This document shows, one piece after another, positions 22,533-35,540 of a stretch of 64,000 nt of DNA; the first letter of the stretch is position 1; every line of letters starts with the position of its first letter. The notes under the pieces were generated by a model, which made no database searches, was not told the DNA's origin, and worked only from the letters and a program-made list of their open reading frames with translations. The translations under genes were made by a program, and so were the position numbers. The stretch is from NCBI GenBank assembly GCA_020536535.1, contig JAHLWZ010000840.1, forward strand, positions 18,507 to 82,506. The letters run 5' to 3'. Source of the DNA: Pelomyxa schiedti. Lineage: Eukaryota; Protista; Evosea.

Positions 22533-24699
22533 TTACACCTTGACCTTGACTTTGTCTTGCAGGTTTCCAGCCTCAATAATGTCCACCACTTCTTGTGCGG
22601 TGGGTCTGAGTGTTGGGTCTTGTTGCCAACAGGCTTCTATCAATTGCTTCCACTCAGCCGGGCAGTCAGGTTCTATGTCAGGGCGGTCTCCTTGCATCAC
22701 TCTGACTTCTGGGGACAGCTCAGTTTCCCAAGGGAATTTTCCCAAATTGAACAGTTCCTGTTATGGATGTGAGATTCTTTCTTTAATTTACTCTTGAAAT
22801 AAATATTGTTATTACAGCATAAGGTATCATACCCAAAGAACCATCCCGTAAGAGAAAACATCTACTTTGCAGGACCAAGGTTCTCTTGAAGAAGGATCGT
22901 AATCATCCCCATTAGCAGTTGCTTCCCCCGTTTGCCTTCTCTTAGTGCCAGATGCCCGCTTCCGTCTCATGATTTCAGGAGCCTTCCAGTAACTCTGGCC
23001 GTGATGTGGGGTGCTCCAGGATAGACCATCCTTATTGACTCGCAAGGATAGACCAAAGTCACACAACCGGGGTTCAACAGTCGAGGTCACGAGAATATTG
23101 CGTGATGTGAGATCGAGATGGCATATTTTACACGAGTGTACACGTGCCATTGCTCTCGCAATTCCCGCGGCTATTCTTCCGCGATTGGGAAGAATAGTAT
23201 CATTGAGGCAAACTGTATTCTATCCCCAAACGTGAACCAAAATGTGGGCAGGGTTGGGCACATACTTGAGAATTACGAGAATAAGATTTGTTCCTTGTTT
23301 TTATGTCACAATCACTTTTGTGAAGAACATCAAATAAACTGCCATAGGAGCAATACTCCATAATAATTCCGCGCACTCTGCCACAACAATATCCAACAAA
23401 TTCGATGATATTATCTTGGTTTCCGAGTGTCCTGAAAAATTGTGATTATATTTCAAAATGAGGCAAAGGGCATACAATAGTATCTCCAGTTCCATTAAAA
23501 AGCATTTTATATTGCTGGAATTCCGAAACATCTTGATCGCAACGTCTCGATTTCTTACCACACCACGGAATACGACTGCTGAAGCACCTGACCCTAGAAG
23601 TGTCCAGGAGTGAGCTCCTCGGTTCAATTCTGCATCGGATATTTCTGATCAAATGGAAGATATTAGAAAGAGAATGAAATGAAGATCAAAACAGGTTACC
23701 TAAAGCATGTATTTCACTGTTTCGAAAAAACCAGGTATCATCTGACCAAAATGGCTCCTTTATGTGCCTCGCTTTATGGGCCTTTTTTGGGTTACATCGT
23801 ACTGGTTCTTCTTCAGGAGGACGGAACGGGCCACTTGTAACCCACCAATCCACAGTCTCTCCTTCGCTCTCAGGAGGGTTATCTGCCGGCATATTGCTTG
23901 CAGACTCGCAGGAAATGTTGTCTTTATCCAACGCAGCGTACCGCTTTCGGCACGTTCTCGACCGCTTTCTATGTGAAGACTGAACCTCAGGTACAGCCAC
24001 TGGAACAGAAACAGGAGGAAGTTGCGCGGGCGGGAACGAAATAGGACTGGGACTGCTATCACACACAGGTGCCGTGATATCGACATCTTCAGTGCCGGTG
24101 GAATATGTTTGTTCATCACATAAAGGAGCAGCGGGAGAGTATTCATCGTCGTCCCCCGAGTAATCCAACCTGGCAGCCGAAGTAGCGGCAGTGGTGGTTG
24201 TCGGCGTCATCGCGACCACCGGTGGGACATGTGACGCCGTAGCGAGATTCGAAGCCGGAAGCGGGGCCAGGGGTGGCGCCGCTGCCGTGGTCGTCCCATA
24301 ACTGGTAACACCGCCGCCTCCCATGCATAGCGAATTGTACCGCAAAATAGGTTGCGAGGTTTGCTCGTGAACGTGCCCTTGTGCTTGTATTTGTTGGTGT
24401 TCTTGCTGCTGTAGTGCAAGTGGCGGCGGCGACGGTGGTTGGTCCGAGAATGCCAACTGTTCATGTTGTTGCTGTTGCTGTTGCTGATGATGGTGCTGGA
24501 GGGCTCCTCCAGGCGAGTGTTCCTGCAATTGTTGCGTGGTTTGTTGCTGTTGTTGTTGGTGTTGGTGTTGGTGGTGATTGTGGTGGGCTTTGTTTTGCAA
24601 GTGGATTTGCTTCTGGTGTAGCTTTTGGAGTACGGGCGTCGGGGTTTTTGCCTGCGCGCCCGCGAGAAGAGTGAGGACCGATCCACTCAATTGGTGCAT
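22533..24699 (-). CDS. TKL-group Ser/Thr protein kinase with a polyQ/His low-complexity N-terminus
   Basis: LGSGASAVVF, VAIK, HLDLTSRNIL, DFG, WKAPE, DVFSYGMVLW, LIEACWQQDPTLRPT. Confidence 0.92.
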
Positions 24700-26195
24700 C
24701 TACTTGTGTGTTGTTCTGAATTGCCTATGGTTGCGTTGGTGTTTGTGTGTGGGCGTGTCGCTGTTGACCGTGGGGTGATGTTTCTTTTTGGTTTTTTGGG
24801 TGTTAAAAAAAACGGTTGGTTACAGGTCTTTCTTGGTTGAGGGAACGTGGGCATCCACGATAGGCCAAGGGTGCACAAGGCAGTTGTTTCCCCCGTTTTG
24901 CTTTTCCTTGTCTGCTGTTGGTGTGGTGCCAGGGTTCAAAAGGGAAAAAAAAATGGAACTTTTTGAATCTCTTAATCTCTTATCTGTAGAACAGGGTGCA
25001 ACTTTTCGGGAGCCGGGGATGGTCCCATCAATTATGTAAATGAAGGCTTGGGGCCATGTTCCAAACCTATGGGTGTTAAGTTTGCCAACTATTGTTCTGG
25101 CTGGTCCGTTGGTTACCTTCATGGAAGATAAAAGTGTTGGGTAATTTGAAGAGCAACTGTTGACTTGCCTAAAGTGAACGGTACTTACTTGACTAAAGTG
25201 TAGAGGAAAACCTGGAGTTGTTGGGTCAAAATCCTCCTTAAATTATTGTTCTCTCGATTCTGAATTGACACCACGCATCTGTTGATGAACATAATGAGAA
25301 GCGAAAATGTGAATGGGAAGGAACCCCAAACTCCTCAACGAATTCCAATAATCTACTCGGAGTTCCAAACCCACCCATGGGTGCATTCAACTTCAGGAGA
25401 AATGAGCATCTCGGGTCGTCATTGCCTTGTATTTGCCTACCGTGACCGGCAGAAATCTTAGGAATAACCGGAAATAAGATGGAAGAGAGAAGGGAGCCCT
25501 TATTGTTGGTTTTCTTTGCTTCTTTGAGAGTTGCCTTGAGTAGAAGTTCTATCCTACAAAAAGAGAAGCTGAGCGCTGGATTCCTCGTCGTTTTTGGTAC
25601 ACCTACGGCTTACGATAGTAAAGGCACGCAATAATGCCGTCACTCCGCTTCTATATTTTTCGCAAAAGCGAAGCAGTGTTACTGTAGTTGTGTGACTGGC
25701 TAGTCTACAGCCAGACAGTTGATTATGGGTGCCGGCGTAATGTTATGGGAGGGAACTGATTGGGCTGACACTTTGAAGGCGTGGTTGCGGAGCATTGTTG
25801 CAGTGTCCTTTCGCAGCCAACTCCCTGAAGAATCACTCAGTGAAAACTCGTTTGCTATTGGGAGTGACCGCAACCACTTCCAGCCACTATGCACTCCGAA
25901 CTTGGAGCTACTTCCCACGAACCCCATTGTGATGGTTCCTTGAAGGCCTGAATCAGCAAGCCCTTTTATTCCGCCATTTGAGCCCTTTTCAACAATACTC
26001 GCCGAGAGTTGTATTATTATGTGGTGGTCAGAGAATTGTCTGAGTTCCAGAAATGCAGATCGGGGCATAGTGTCACAACATCACAAACGGCAAAGCACTT
26101 CAGAGAAGGTGTTTCGTGAAACACACACGTGAAAAGCAGGCGTTTTTGTATAGGAAAAGAAAACCCCTTTTTTTTTCCTACAGCAAAGTAAAAGG

Positions 26196-28022
26196 ATGGC
26201 CACCGACACTTCCCCTTCAGCTGAAGGAGTTCTGATGATGACAAACGAACCAGGCACTGCAAGCCCAAAGCTTGAAGATAATACTGCCCCGCCATGCCTT
26301 CTCCTCCCTCCGTGGGAAGAAGAGCCTCATGCACAAGATGACAGCGTGGGGGATATGGCTCTTGTAGTCAGCCGCAACTATGTCTGGCCTAGAAATAGCA
26401 CTCTTCGGTACTACTTCAAAGAGAGTCCGCATTGCGGTATGTGCCTTTCAAGCTTCATTTTCGTGTTTGCCTTACATCAATCACTTAGATCCCAGTCAGA
26501 CACGAGTTGTGGAATGGGCATGGAAGACGTGGAAAGACTGCAACATATCGCTTAACTTCATGAGAACAGAGAGGCAAGACAATGCCGACATACGTATTTC
26601 GTTTGTGTGGGAAAAAGAAACGGGAGCTCGAATTCCTGGAAGCTCCTACTCACAGGTCGGGACACACTGTCAATCAATCCCCCAACTACAAGAGACAATG
26701 AACTTTGGCTGGGATCTGCAGTAGATCAGGAAAGAAAATGATTCTATTCTAACATTTACCTAAGAAAGTGGCCACATACAGCACTGCATGAAATTGGGCA
26801 TGCTCTGGGATTTTTCCATGAACATCAGCACCCTAATTGCCGTACCATTTTAATACCTTGGATGTTTCTCAGTTGCCAACAGACCTCAAGTGGAATGAAC
26901 AAGCAGTCTACAACCACTATAGAACGTACAAGTGGGATGCAGCACAAGTGGATAGGCAGATTTTGCATTCTGTGCCTGTTGGGGATGTTGACTGGAACAA
27001 CAGCAGTGACTGGGACTCCCATTCAATCATGCAGTACCCTTTCAAGCAATTCCTCCTCGCGGGACCCCCGGAATACGCCGCAAAAGGGATCCCAGAAAAT
27101 ACTGCGTTATCAACAATAGACAAGGAGAGGATTCACAAGCTATATGACCCAGGTTCTACAGCTGTGGCAATGCAACCCAGGGTCACGCCGATAAAGAATC
27201 CAACCTCAGTAATAATGAATATCGAAGCAATGCTATTCATTGGAAAGGGTAATGCCACTGAACGGCTAGATATTTGCGGAAAGGAGACTGCTCTCGACTG
27301 GTATCAGGTATATGGATTATGTAACTGTACAGAAGATGAGTAAATTGGTGGGTTCGACACTAATCTTGAAACAAATAGGCTGGTCCGGATTACCAATGTA
27401 TTTTCATTACTTTCATTCCCAAAGGCGATCCTGCTACAACGCTGCCACAGTTTATGGATTTTGAACAGAAAACTGGTTCAGTGATATTGAATAGATATCT
27501 TGGGGAGAGCTGTTTCTTCCGGTATGCAAATAACTGGATGACTGCCTGCTTAACTTTTCCCCAGAAAAGAGAAGGCTTCCAGAGGCCAGGCATTGCTTAA
27601 TTTGAAGATCTTTGATTACATGCACCTTGAAAATCTATCTCTGAAAGTAAATCACGCTGGTGATCCAGCTGTGTCCACCGGGCAGTGGGCGGCTTTTGTG
27701 GGATCCAAAGATGAAATCGTCCTCAAACATGCAGCTGGCCATGGTTATGTGGGAATTGAAAACGGGTCTGTAGTATCGGTTCCAGGGCCGCAACATGCTC
27801 TCAAGTGGTACCAGGTTGGCAATTCTCTCTTGGTCCCAAGTAAATTTTGTTTCTCAGGTGGGATCAGATGACCGCTGTATCTTTGTAACCTTCACGATTT
27901 TCAATCGTGAAGTGCGCTGTTACGATGCAAGATTACTTACTTGCTGTGTAGGCAACAGCTCGGGGACACCAAGCTCTGCCGAGCTTGGGTACATAGGAGA
28001 CGGATCATGTGTTTTCAAGTAA
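26196..28022 (+). CDS. Metzincin zinc metalloprotease (astacin/M12A-like), paralog 1
   Basis: ADIRISF, SYSQVG, TMNFGW, HEIGHALGFFHEHQHP (HExxHxxGxxH), Met-turn SIMQY, LSTIDKERI. Confidence 0.88.
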
Positions 28023-29310
28023 GTCATCTACAACATCAGTTTTCTTACCAGCACTCTTAGGAAAGAAAACACCACAAATGGAGGCTTTTTCCTCTACAAC
28101 CAAGAAACCAGGACCCACTTGCACTGCGACGGCCCACACACTAGAATTGGGTGGGCACTCAAGAAAGAATCTATTTGGGTGGCTGAAATATGGTAGTGGG
28201 TACAACACAGTGACTGACAATGACACGCAAGAAAGAAAAAATCGTTTTTTTTTATGGTCAGTAGTACGCTACACGACGGAATAGCGACTTAGCTTTCCCT
28301 TCACAAGACCAAATAACTTGTGGCGAGGTGACTTCGCGTCGCTGTAGTTCTAAGTACGGTTCTAATCACTGATGGATTTCTGGGAAACTACAGCGATTCA
28401 CTGTGATTAGGGGGAGGAGGAGATTGAGGTGACAATCAGTTCTCCAAACCCAATCTACCTTGGCACACAAACACAACTGGAACAAAGTCTAGTTTTGGGG
28501 GTAGGAGGGGACTCTACATTTTTTTTTTGCTGTAGCTTCTTCAAGGTACCATTTTTTCCTCCTTTTCAATGACGCAGATATGTTCACTGCAAGTAGGGGG
28601 AATGGGGCTGACATGCAGTCCTTGTGATGTGTTGTGAAAGTGATGACTTCCCGAAAAAGGGAATCACAGAGTCAGCCCTGAGCAACCCTCAGAAGTCGGA
28701 CAACTTCTGGGAATTCAATGGCACATGACGCTGTGCTGTGCGTCCACTGAATACTTGGAATTCATGGGAGACAGGGCTTATAAGCAACACCACTTTCACC
28801 ACAAACGCCTCAAGATCAATTAAAATAAATAAATACTTTGTTCCCTCCTTATCTCGCTACAAACGTGTTCGTCACTCCCCGTCAGGGACACAACTCACAG
28901 TGTGTTCATTTCATTCCACTCCTGCTAATTCCACAGCTGCTTCAAATCTGTGGTATCCTCCTCTCTGACTTTTTGATGTTGTAGGGATTAGAATGCCGTT
29001 TCTCTACAAGTGGAGGCTGCTGGCCATCAGTTAGCATGTGGGTATCAGGCAATCCCTCGAGGTTACACCCAGCTGGTTCTTCCATCACACAACCTATCAT
29101 GCCCATGTCAGATCCCCTGTTCCCTTTGTATCACTTACTACCAAGGTGCAATCGTGTCACCACAGGATCGCCGTCTGGCGTTTTATTCCTAAGGAGCCAG
29201 AAATAGATTGTCACATCACAAACGTCAGAGAAGTGTTTTCGGGAAACCGACAGTCGTTTTAGTGCAACAAAAACACTTTTTTTTTTAAAATAAAACACAA
29301 AAGATCCAGG

Positions 29311-31128
29311 ATGGCAACCGGCACTCCCCCTTCGACTCAAGGAGTTCAGTTGCCAAACGAACAAAGCACCACCACCCCAAGCCCGAAACTCGATGAGACT
29401 GCCCCACCATGTCTTCTCCTTCTTCCGTGGGGAGACAAGTCGGGTGCATCGGCTGACGTTGGGGATATGGCTCTTGCAGTCAGCCGAAAATACACCTGGC
29501 CCAGAAATCAGACTCTTCGGTACTACTTCAAAGAGGGTCCGCATTGCAGTAAGTGCCTTTGAAGCTTCTTTTTCGTGTTTGCTTATATCAAGCACTCAGC
29601 TGCCATTCAGACACAAGTTGTGGAATCGGCATGGAAGACGTGGAAAGACTGCAACATCTCACTTAATTTCGTGAGAACGGAGACTCAGGAAGATGCGGAA
29701 ATACGTATTTCGTTTGTGTGGGCCAACGAAACAGGAGCTCGAATTCCTGGAAGCTCCTACTCACAGGTCGGAACACATTGTCAAACAATCCCCAAAACGC
29801 AAGAGACAATGAACTTTGGCTGGGATCTGCAGTAAGCACAGTAAAAAATGATTCTGTTCTAACATTTATCTCAGAAACTATCCTCATACAGCATTGCATG
29901 AAATTGGGCATGCTCTGGGATTTTTTCATGAGCATCAGCACCCTTTTTGCAGTAACTGTCCCTTTTAATACCTTGAAAATTTCTCAGTTGTCAACAGACC
30001 TTAAATGGAATGAACAAGCAGTCTACGACTACTATAGAAGGTATAACTGGGATACAGCGCAAGTGAATAGGCAGATTTTGCATTCGGAAGATATTGAGGA
30101 TGTTGACTGGAACCACAGTAGTGACTGGGACTCTCATTCAATCATGCAGTATCCTTTTAATCACTGCCTGCTCAGAGGGCCCCCTAGCTACATGACAACA
30201 GGGATCCCAGAAAATACTACGTTATCAACAATAGACAAGGAGAGGGTTCACAACCTCTATGACCCAGGTTCTACAAGTGCAACAACAATGCAACCCGGTG
30301 TCCCGCCTATAAGGAATTCAACTGGATTAATAATGAATATCGAAGCTAGCCTGTTCGTTGGCAAGTGCAATCCCAGTCAATTGCTACATATTTGCACACA
30401 GGAGAATGCCCTCGAATGGTATCAGGTATACCACACATTCTGTAACTGGATACATAAGATGAGTAAATCGGTGAGTTAGAGAATAATCTTGCAACAAATA
30501 GGCTGGTCCGGATTACCAATGTATTTTCATTACTTTCATGCCCACAGTAGATTCTGGTACAACGACGCCACAGTTCATGGATTCCCAAGATGGTTCAGTG
30601 TATTTGACTAGGGAGCTTAAGGACAGTTGTTTCTTCCGGTATACCAATAACTGGATGACTGCCTACTTAACTTTTCATAAGAAAAGAGAAGGCTTACAGA
30701 GGCCGGGCATTGCTCCATTTGAAGAGCTTTGATTACATGCACCTTGCACAGCTGTCTCTGAAAGTAAATCCTGCTGGTGATCCGGCAGTGGCCACGGGGC
30801 AGTGGGAGGCTTTTGTTGGATCTGTAGATGAGATCCTCCTCAAACAGGCATGTGGCTATGGTTATGTGGGAATAGAAAACGGCAGGGTAATGTTGGTTCC
30901 AGGGCCGCAAAATGCTCTCAAGTGGTACCAGGTTGGCAATTCTACTCCAGGACCAAAGTAAATTTTGTTTCTCAGGTTGGACCAGATCACCGCTGTATCT
31001 TTGTAACCTTTGTGATTTTGAATCATGGCTGCTATGAAGCAAGAGTACTTACTGGCGTTTCCATTAGCAAGGGACCAATCTCTGCAACCCTTGGGGACTC
31101 AGGAGACCTATCATGTGTTTTCCAGTAA
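29311..31128 (+). CDS. Metzincin zinc metalloprotease, paralog 2 (tandem duplicate)
   Basis: Same motifs and intron positions as paralog 1 (HEIGHALGFFHEHQHP, SIMQY). Confidence 0.88.
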
Positions 31129-31418
31129 GTCTTGTTCAGCGTCGTTTTCTTACGTGGCGCTCTTAGGAAAGAAAATACAACAAATGGAGGCTTTTTCCTC
31201 TACAGCCAAACAACCATGACCTACTTGCATTGCGATGGTCCTCACACTCCTATTACGTGGGAATCCAAGAGATCTGTTTGGGTTACTGAACGATGGTAGT
31301 ACACCAAGAAACAACCAAAGGAAAATAAAAAGTCAATTCCTCGAAATTGTCCGCCATCACCAATCATAGCAAACTAAAAAATTCAACAGCGGGTCCACGT
31401 GTGGCTTTTTTATCCCCA

Positions 31419-34400
31419 ATGTGGAACAAGAAGGTGCTCTAGCCCCTTTGTTGTTTGTATCTAACAACAGCGGACTATTCAACAGCCCTTCGTCACGCCG
31501 TTCAAGGTTCCGCCTGCGTCAGAAAGCACGAACTCGAACGCGCCTGGGTCTGCATCTTCGTCATTGCCTTCGCGATCTTGCTCTACGCATGATGTTAGTA
31601 CTAAGACGGTCGGACCCACGGCACCCATTATTGGCGGGGGGGCGAAGAAGCCGTTCGTCACGCCGTTCAAGACTCCCTTTAAGTCTGCTGTTGCACCTCT
31701 CCAGGATGACTGTACCGACAGCAAGACGGAACCACAACTCAGCGGCTCTAATTCTACTTCTACTGCGTCTGTTGCTACAACTACCACCAACAGCGCTCCG
31801 CCCACACGAAAAGTCGCAACGCCGGCGGTGTTGCCACGTTCCACCTCTTCTTCACCTCCATCCAGTGTCAATACCCAGTCCAATTCACAAAAGGGTGCTG
31901 CAAACTCGACTGCACCAGGCTCTGGGGCAGTGGAACGGGGCTTCTCTGTAATGTGGTGCCAGGTATAGCTACTAATATTCTAGCCTCCTGAAAATTCACT
32001 CACACGTTGTTGTCATGCAGTACACCACTAAAAAGCACAAGACCATGAGTGACGGGTAGGACTGGTTCCCTTGCCCTGTGTGTTGCTCACAATTATTTCT
32101 CAGATACCTTTCCATCAAAGGCAACCTGTGGACTTTAAAAGACAGGTATTGCAACACGTTTATGCCCTCTTGTCTGACCTGACTTAGTGATGGGAAAGAG
32201 TTAGGGCGATCCTCAACAGTTTCCCACAAGCAGTTGACCTCTTTCCTTGAGGTTTAGTGTTGCTTCTTACCACTCTGCTCTTACATTAATTTTGCAGGGC
32301 ACCCTAATACAAGTGTTCGGTAAAATGATAGAATTTGACAGTGAACTTGAACCTCAAAAAATCCATGACGGAAGTTTATTCTCTGAAAAAGCCAGTACTG
32401 TAACACCTCTTGTGCAAGCACCTGTGTCTGTGTTGCGTAACAGTACATTGGTACACATTTCAACAAACACTGTGAATTACCCACTTTTTTCCCTCTAGCC
32501 CAAATATGCCCCCAGACCACCACCGATTCCAATGCATGACCCCAACCGCCCTGGTGCTGTTGTATTAGATCCTGGAGGTGATGGAAAACTTCCAGTAGTT
32601 TTGGACCCATATGTTGCTGTATTTATTTATTATAGAATATTTATTATTCTCACATTACCAATTTTTAGAAAAAAATGCGTCCTCATCAGATTGCTGGCGT
32701 GAAATTCATGTATGAATGTGTAGTAGGGAAAAAAGATCCTTCCCAGCATGGTTGCTTGCTTGCTGATGGTATCTTCCAAATTCCAAACGAATATTAATTC
32801 AATCTTCTTGGCAGAGATGGGACTCGGTAAAACATTACAAGCATTGGCTCTTGTGTGGACACTTCTCAAGCAGGTGAGACTAATCACTCTGTCTTGAGTG
32901 ACAATGTTCCAGGGACCCCATGGCCCGACAATTAGAAAAGCAGTAATTGTTTGTCCCACCACCCTTATTGGGACATGGACTGGTGAATTCACCAAGTGGC
33001 TTGGCTCTGAGAGAGTCATTATGGCTGCAATGCTTAATGAGTCTACAAAGGAGCAAGTACAACAAGTATCCAAGTCCCCTACTTCCAGCAGTTAACAGTC
33101 AAATCCAGGTCATTACAAATTTCAATTTAGATGTGAAACCAATTCTTGTTATTAGCTATGAGCAGCTGCGAAATCACATTGCAAAACTTGATATAACCAA
33201 AGTCGGGCTACTAATTTGTGATGAAGGGCACAGGTACTGTATGTGAAGGAACCTTTATCCCCTAATGTGTAAGTAGGCTTAAGAATTCTGCATCGAAGAC
33301 AACCCAAGCCTTATATACAATGTGCAACAGAAGAGTAATACTATCTGGTACAATTTTGCTTATAGTTTAAACTCTTGAGTGATGAATCAAAGGAACTCCC
33401 ATTCAAAATGATCTTGGTGAATTTTATACTGTTGTTGATTTTTGTTGTCCAGGATTGTTGGGGTATGGTCTTCTTTTTTTTTTCCCCTGGAAATGAGGGC
33501 TCATTCTCTACAGGCCACTTCCTGAATTCAAAGTAAGATTTCAGAAGCCAATTGAACGAAGCTTGGTTCCCAATTCTACCGCGGAAGAACGCCAAATTGG
33601 GGAAGAATGTGTTAAAGAGTTGACGGGAATTCTCGACCCTTTTATCCTGCGACGCTTGTCCACAATTCTGATTGATTTTTTGCCTCCCAAGACTGAACAT
33701 GTTTGCAGTCTCCTGAAGTTTACACCAAAGTCAAGAGCAGAACCTAAGTTGCACACTAGATCATTCTATGCAAGTTGACTGAACTTCAGACAAACTTGTA
33801 CACTCATACTCTACACTCTAAAAAGCTTGCAAGCATACTTTCTGATTCTAGATCCAGTAAGGTTGTAACCAAACTTCCACGAAGTAGTGATTGATTACTC
33901 TCTAGGGTCTTGTATGTTTACAGGGACTTGTAAAACTATGCAATCATCCTCAACTACTTCTTCCCAAAGACGGTGCTGAATTGCCTGAAATGTTTGCGGG
34001 AATTACGGAGTTACTTCCACCAGATATGTCCAACTTGGAAGTAAACACGCTCTCTTCTAAGATGGCTGTGATGGATGGAATTCTCACATCACTGAAAGAG
34101 CGGACACAAGATAAAGTATGAAATTGTATCTTATATACATCGAATCATTTTCTTGAAAGGTAGTTATTGTATCCAATTACACCAAGTGTCTCAATGTAAT
34201 CGAGCTTATTCTCCAAAAACGAGACATAAAGTGGTTACGGCTCGATGGCTCTACACCTGCAACTGCGAGACAGGGTCTAGTCAAGTCGTTCAATTCTCCC
34301 TCTTCACCTTTCATGGTTTTCTTGCTTTCCACTAAGGCTGGTGGTGTTGGGTTGAATTTGACTGGAGCAAATCGATTTATTCTGTTCGATCCAGGTTAAG

Positions 34401-35410
34401 TCAAAGAATAGTTGAAGGATTCTAAATCATTAAGGCTGGAATCCCGCTCATGACAGACAGGCTATCGCTCGTGTGTGGCGTGATGGTCAAAAGAAGCCTG
34501 TTTTTGTTATTCCAACCTCTAAGATATGTCCTTACTTATAACACTCAAGATATACCGTCTCCTGAGCACTGGGACTATTGAAGAAAAAATATTCCAACGG
34601 CAATTGGCAAAGCAACACCTTTCAAGTAACCTGGTTGCTGATCATTTAGTTGAGCGGGCATCGTTTGAACCAGAATTTTTGCACAAGATTTTTACCTTCA
34701 ATTCTACAACACTATGTGATACCCATGATGCTATAGGATGTCAGTGCATTAATGAGGTAATATCAAATAGTTGTTTGTCAAAATCCTTTTTTTTTTCTAA
34801 CGTATTTGCAGACAAGTGTCTCGAAGCCGGTACTCCTCCTACTATGTTTTTCAATTTTTCACTGCCAAAAGAATGCCGATGAACGGGCTCGTAAGTACCT
34901 TTCCCAATTGAAGCACACACCAGATGTGAAAACTGTCGGGGATACAATACTGTCAAGCCTTAGTGCACCTGTTTCCAAGGTTAATACTTTCGGTTTTTCT
35001 CACCTCAGACCCATCTTACACCTCAGATGATTTCCTTCGTCATGTGGGGAGGACACTCACCACAAGTAGACGCCCCCCCTGTATGCACTTCCACGACCGT
35101 AACAACCCCCAGTTCCCCACCACGTGATGACCCCGCTGCCGATGACTACGAGTGGCTTGAGAAGGCTTTAGAGGAGGGAGGAGAACCCAATTCACCATCG
35201 CCATCGCCATCACCACCACCAAAAACCAAGACACCCGATCATGATGACGACAAGGAAGAGGCGGATTCAGGATCAGCATCCAGCTCCAGCAGTGAAGAGA
35301 ATAAGTCCAGTGATGCCAGTTCCGGCAGTAGCAGCAGCTCTGAGCAGGAAAGTGAACCTGAGGACAAACCACCGGCTCCACAGCCGAAGAGACTGCGCCG
35401 AAGACTATGA
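31419..35410 (+). CDS. RAD54B: DNA repair/recombination SNF2 ATPase RAD54B/Rdh54-like
   Basis: N-terminal [17 protein letters not shown] (DUF2439-like), [95 protein letters not shown]. Confidence 0.9.
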
Positions 35411-35540
35411 AAAACAAGTTTTTTGTTTGGTGTAAACCTCTTCCTTCCAAAACGCAACAAGAGAGTTTGTTTCGTTAAGTTAATTTTGTTTTGTTTTTGT
35501 CAATGAGAAACAGTTTGAGGGAGAGGCCTCCCAGTTGGAA

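Larger units (their letters stand above)
26070..31300 (+). repeat. Diverged tandem duplication (~3.1 kb spacing) covering both metalloprotease genes plus flanks
   Basis: Shared 5' flank (catcacaaacg...cagagaag) and 3' flank (atggaggctttttcctctaca) as well as exons and introns. Confidence 0.85.
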
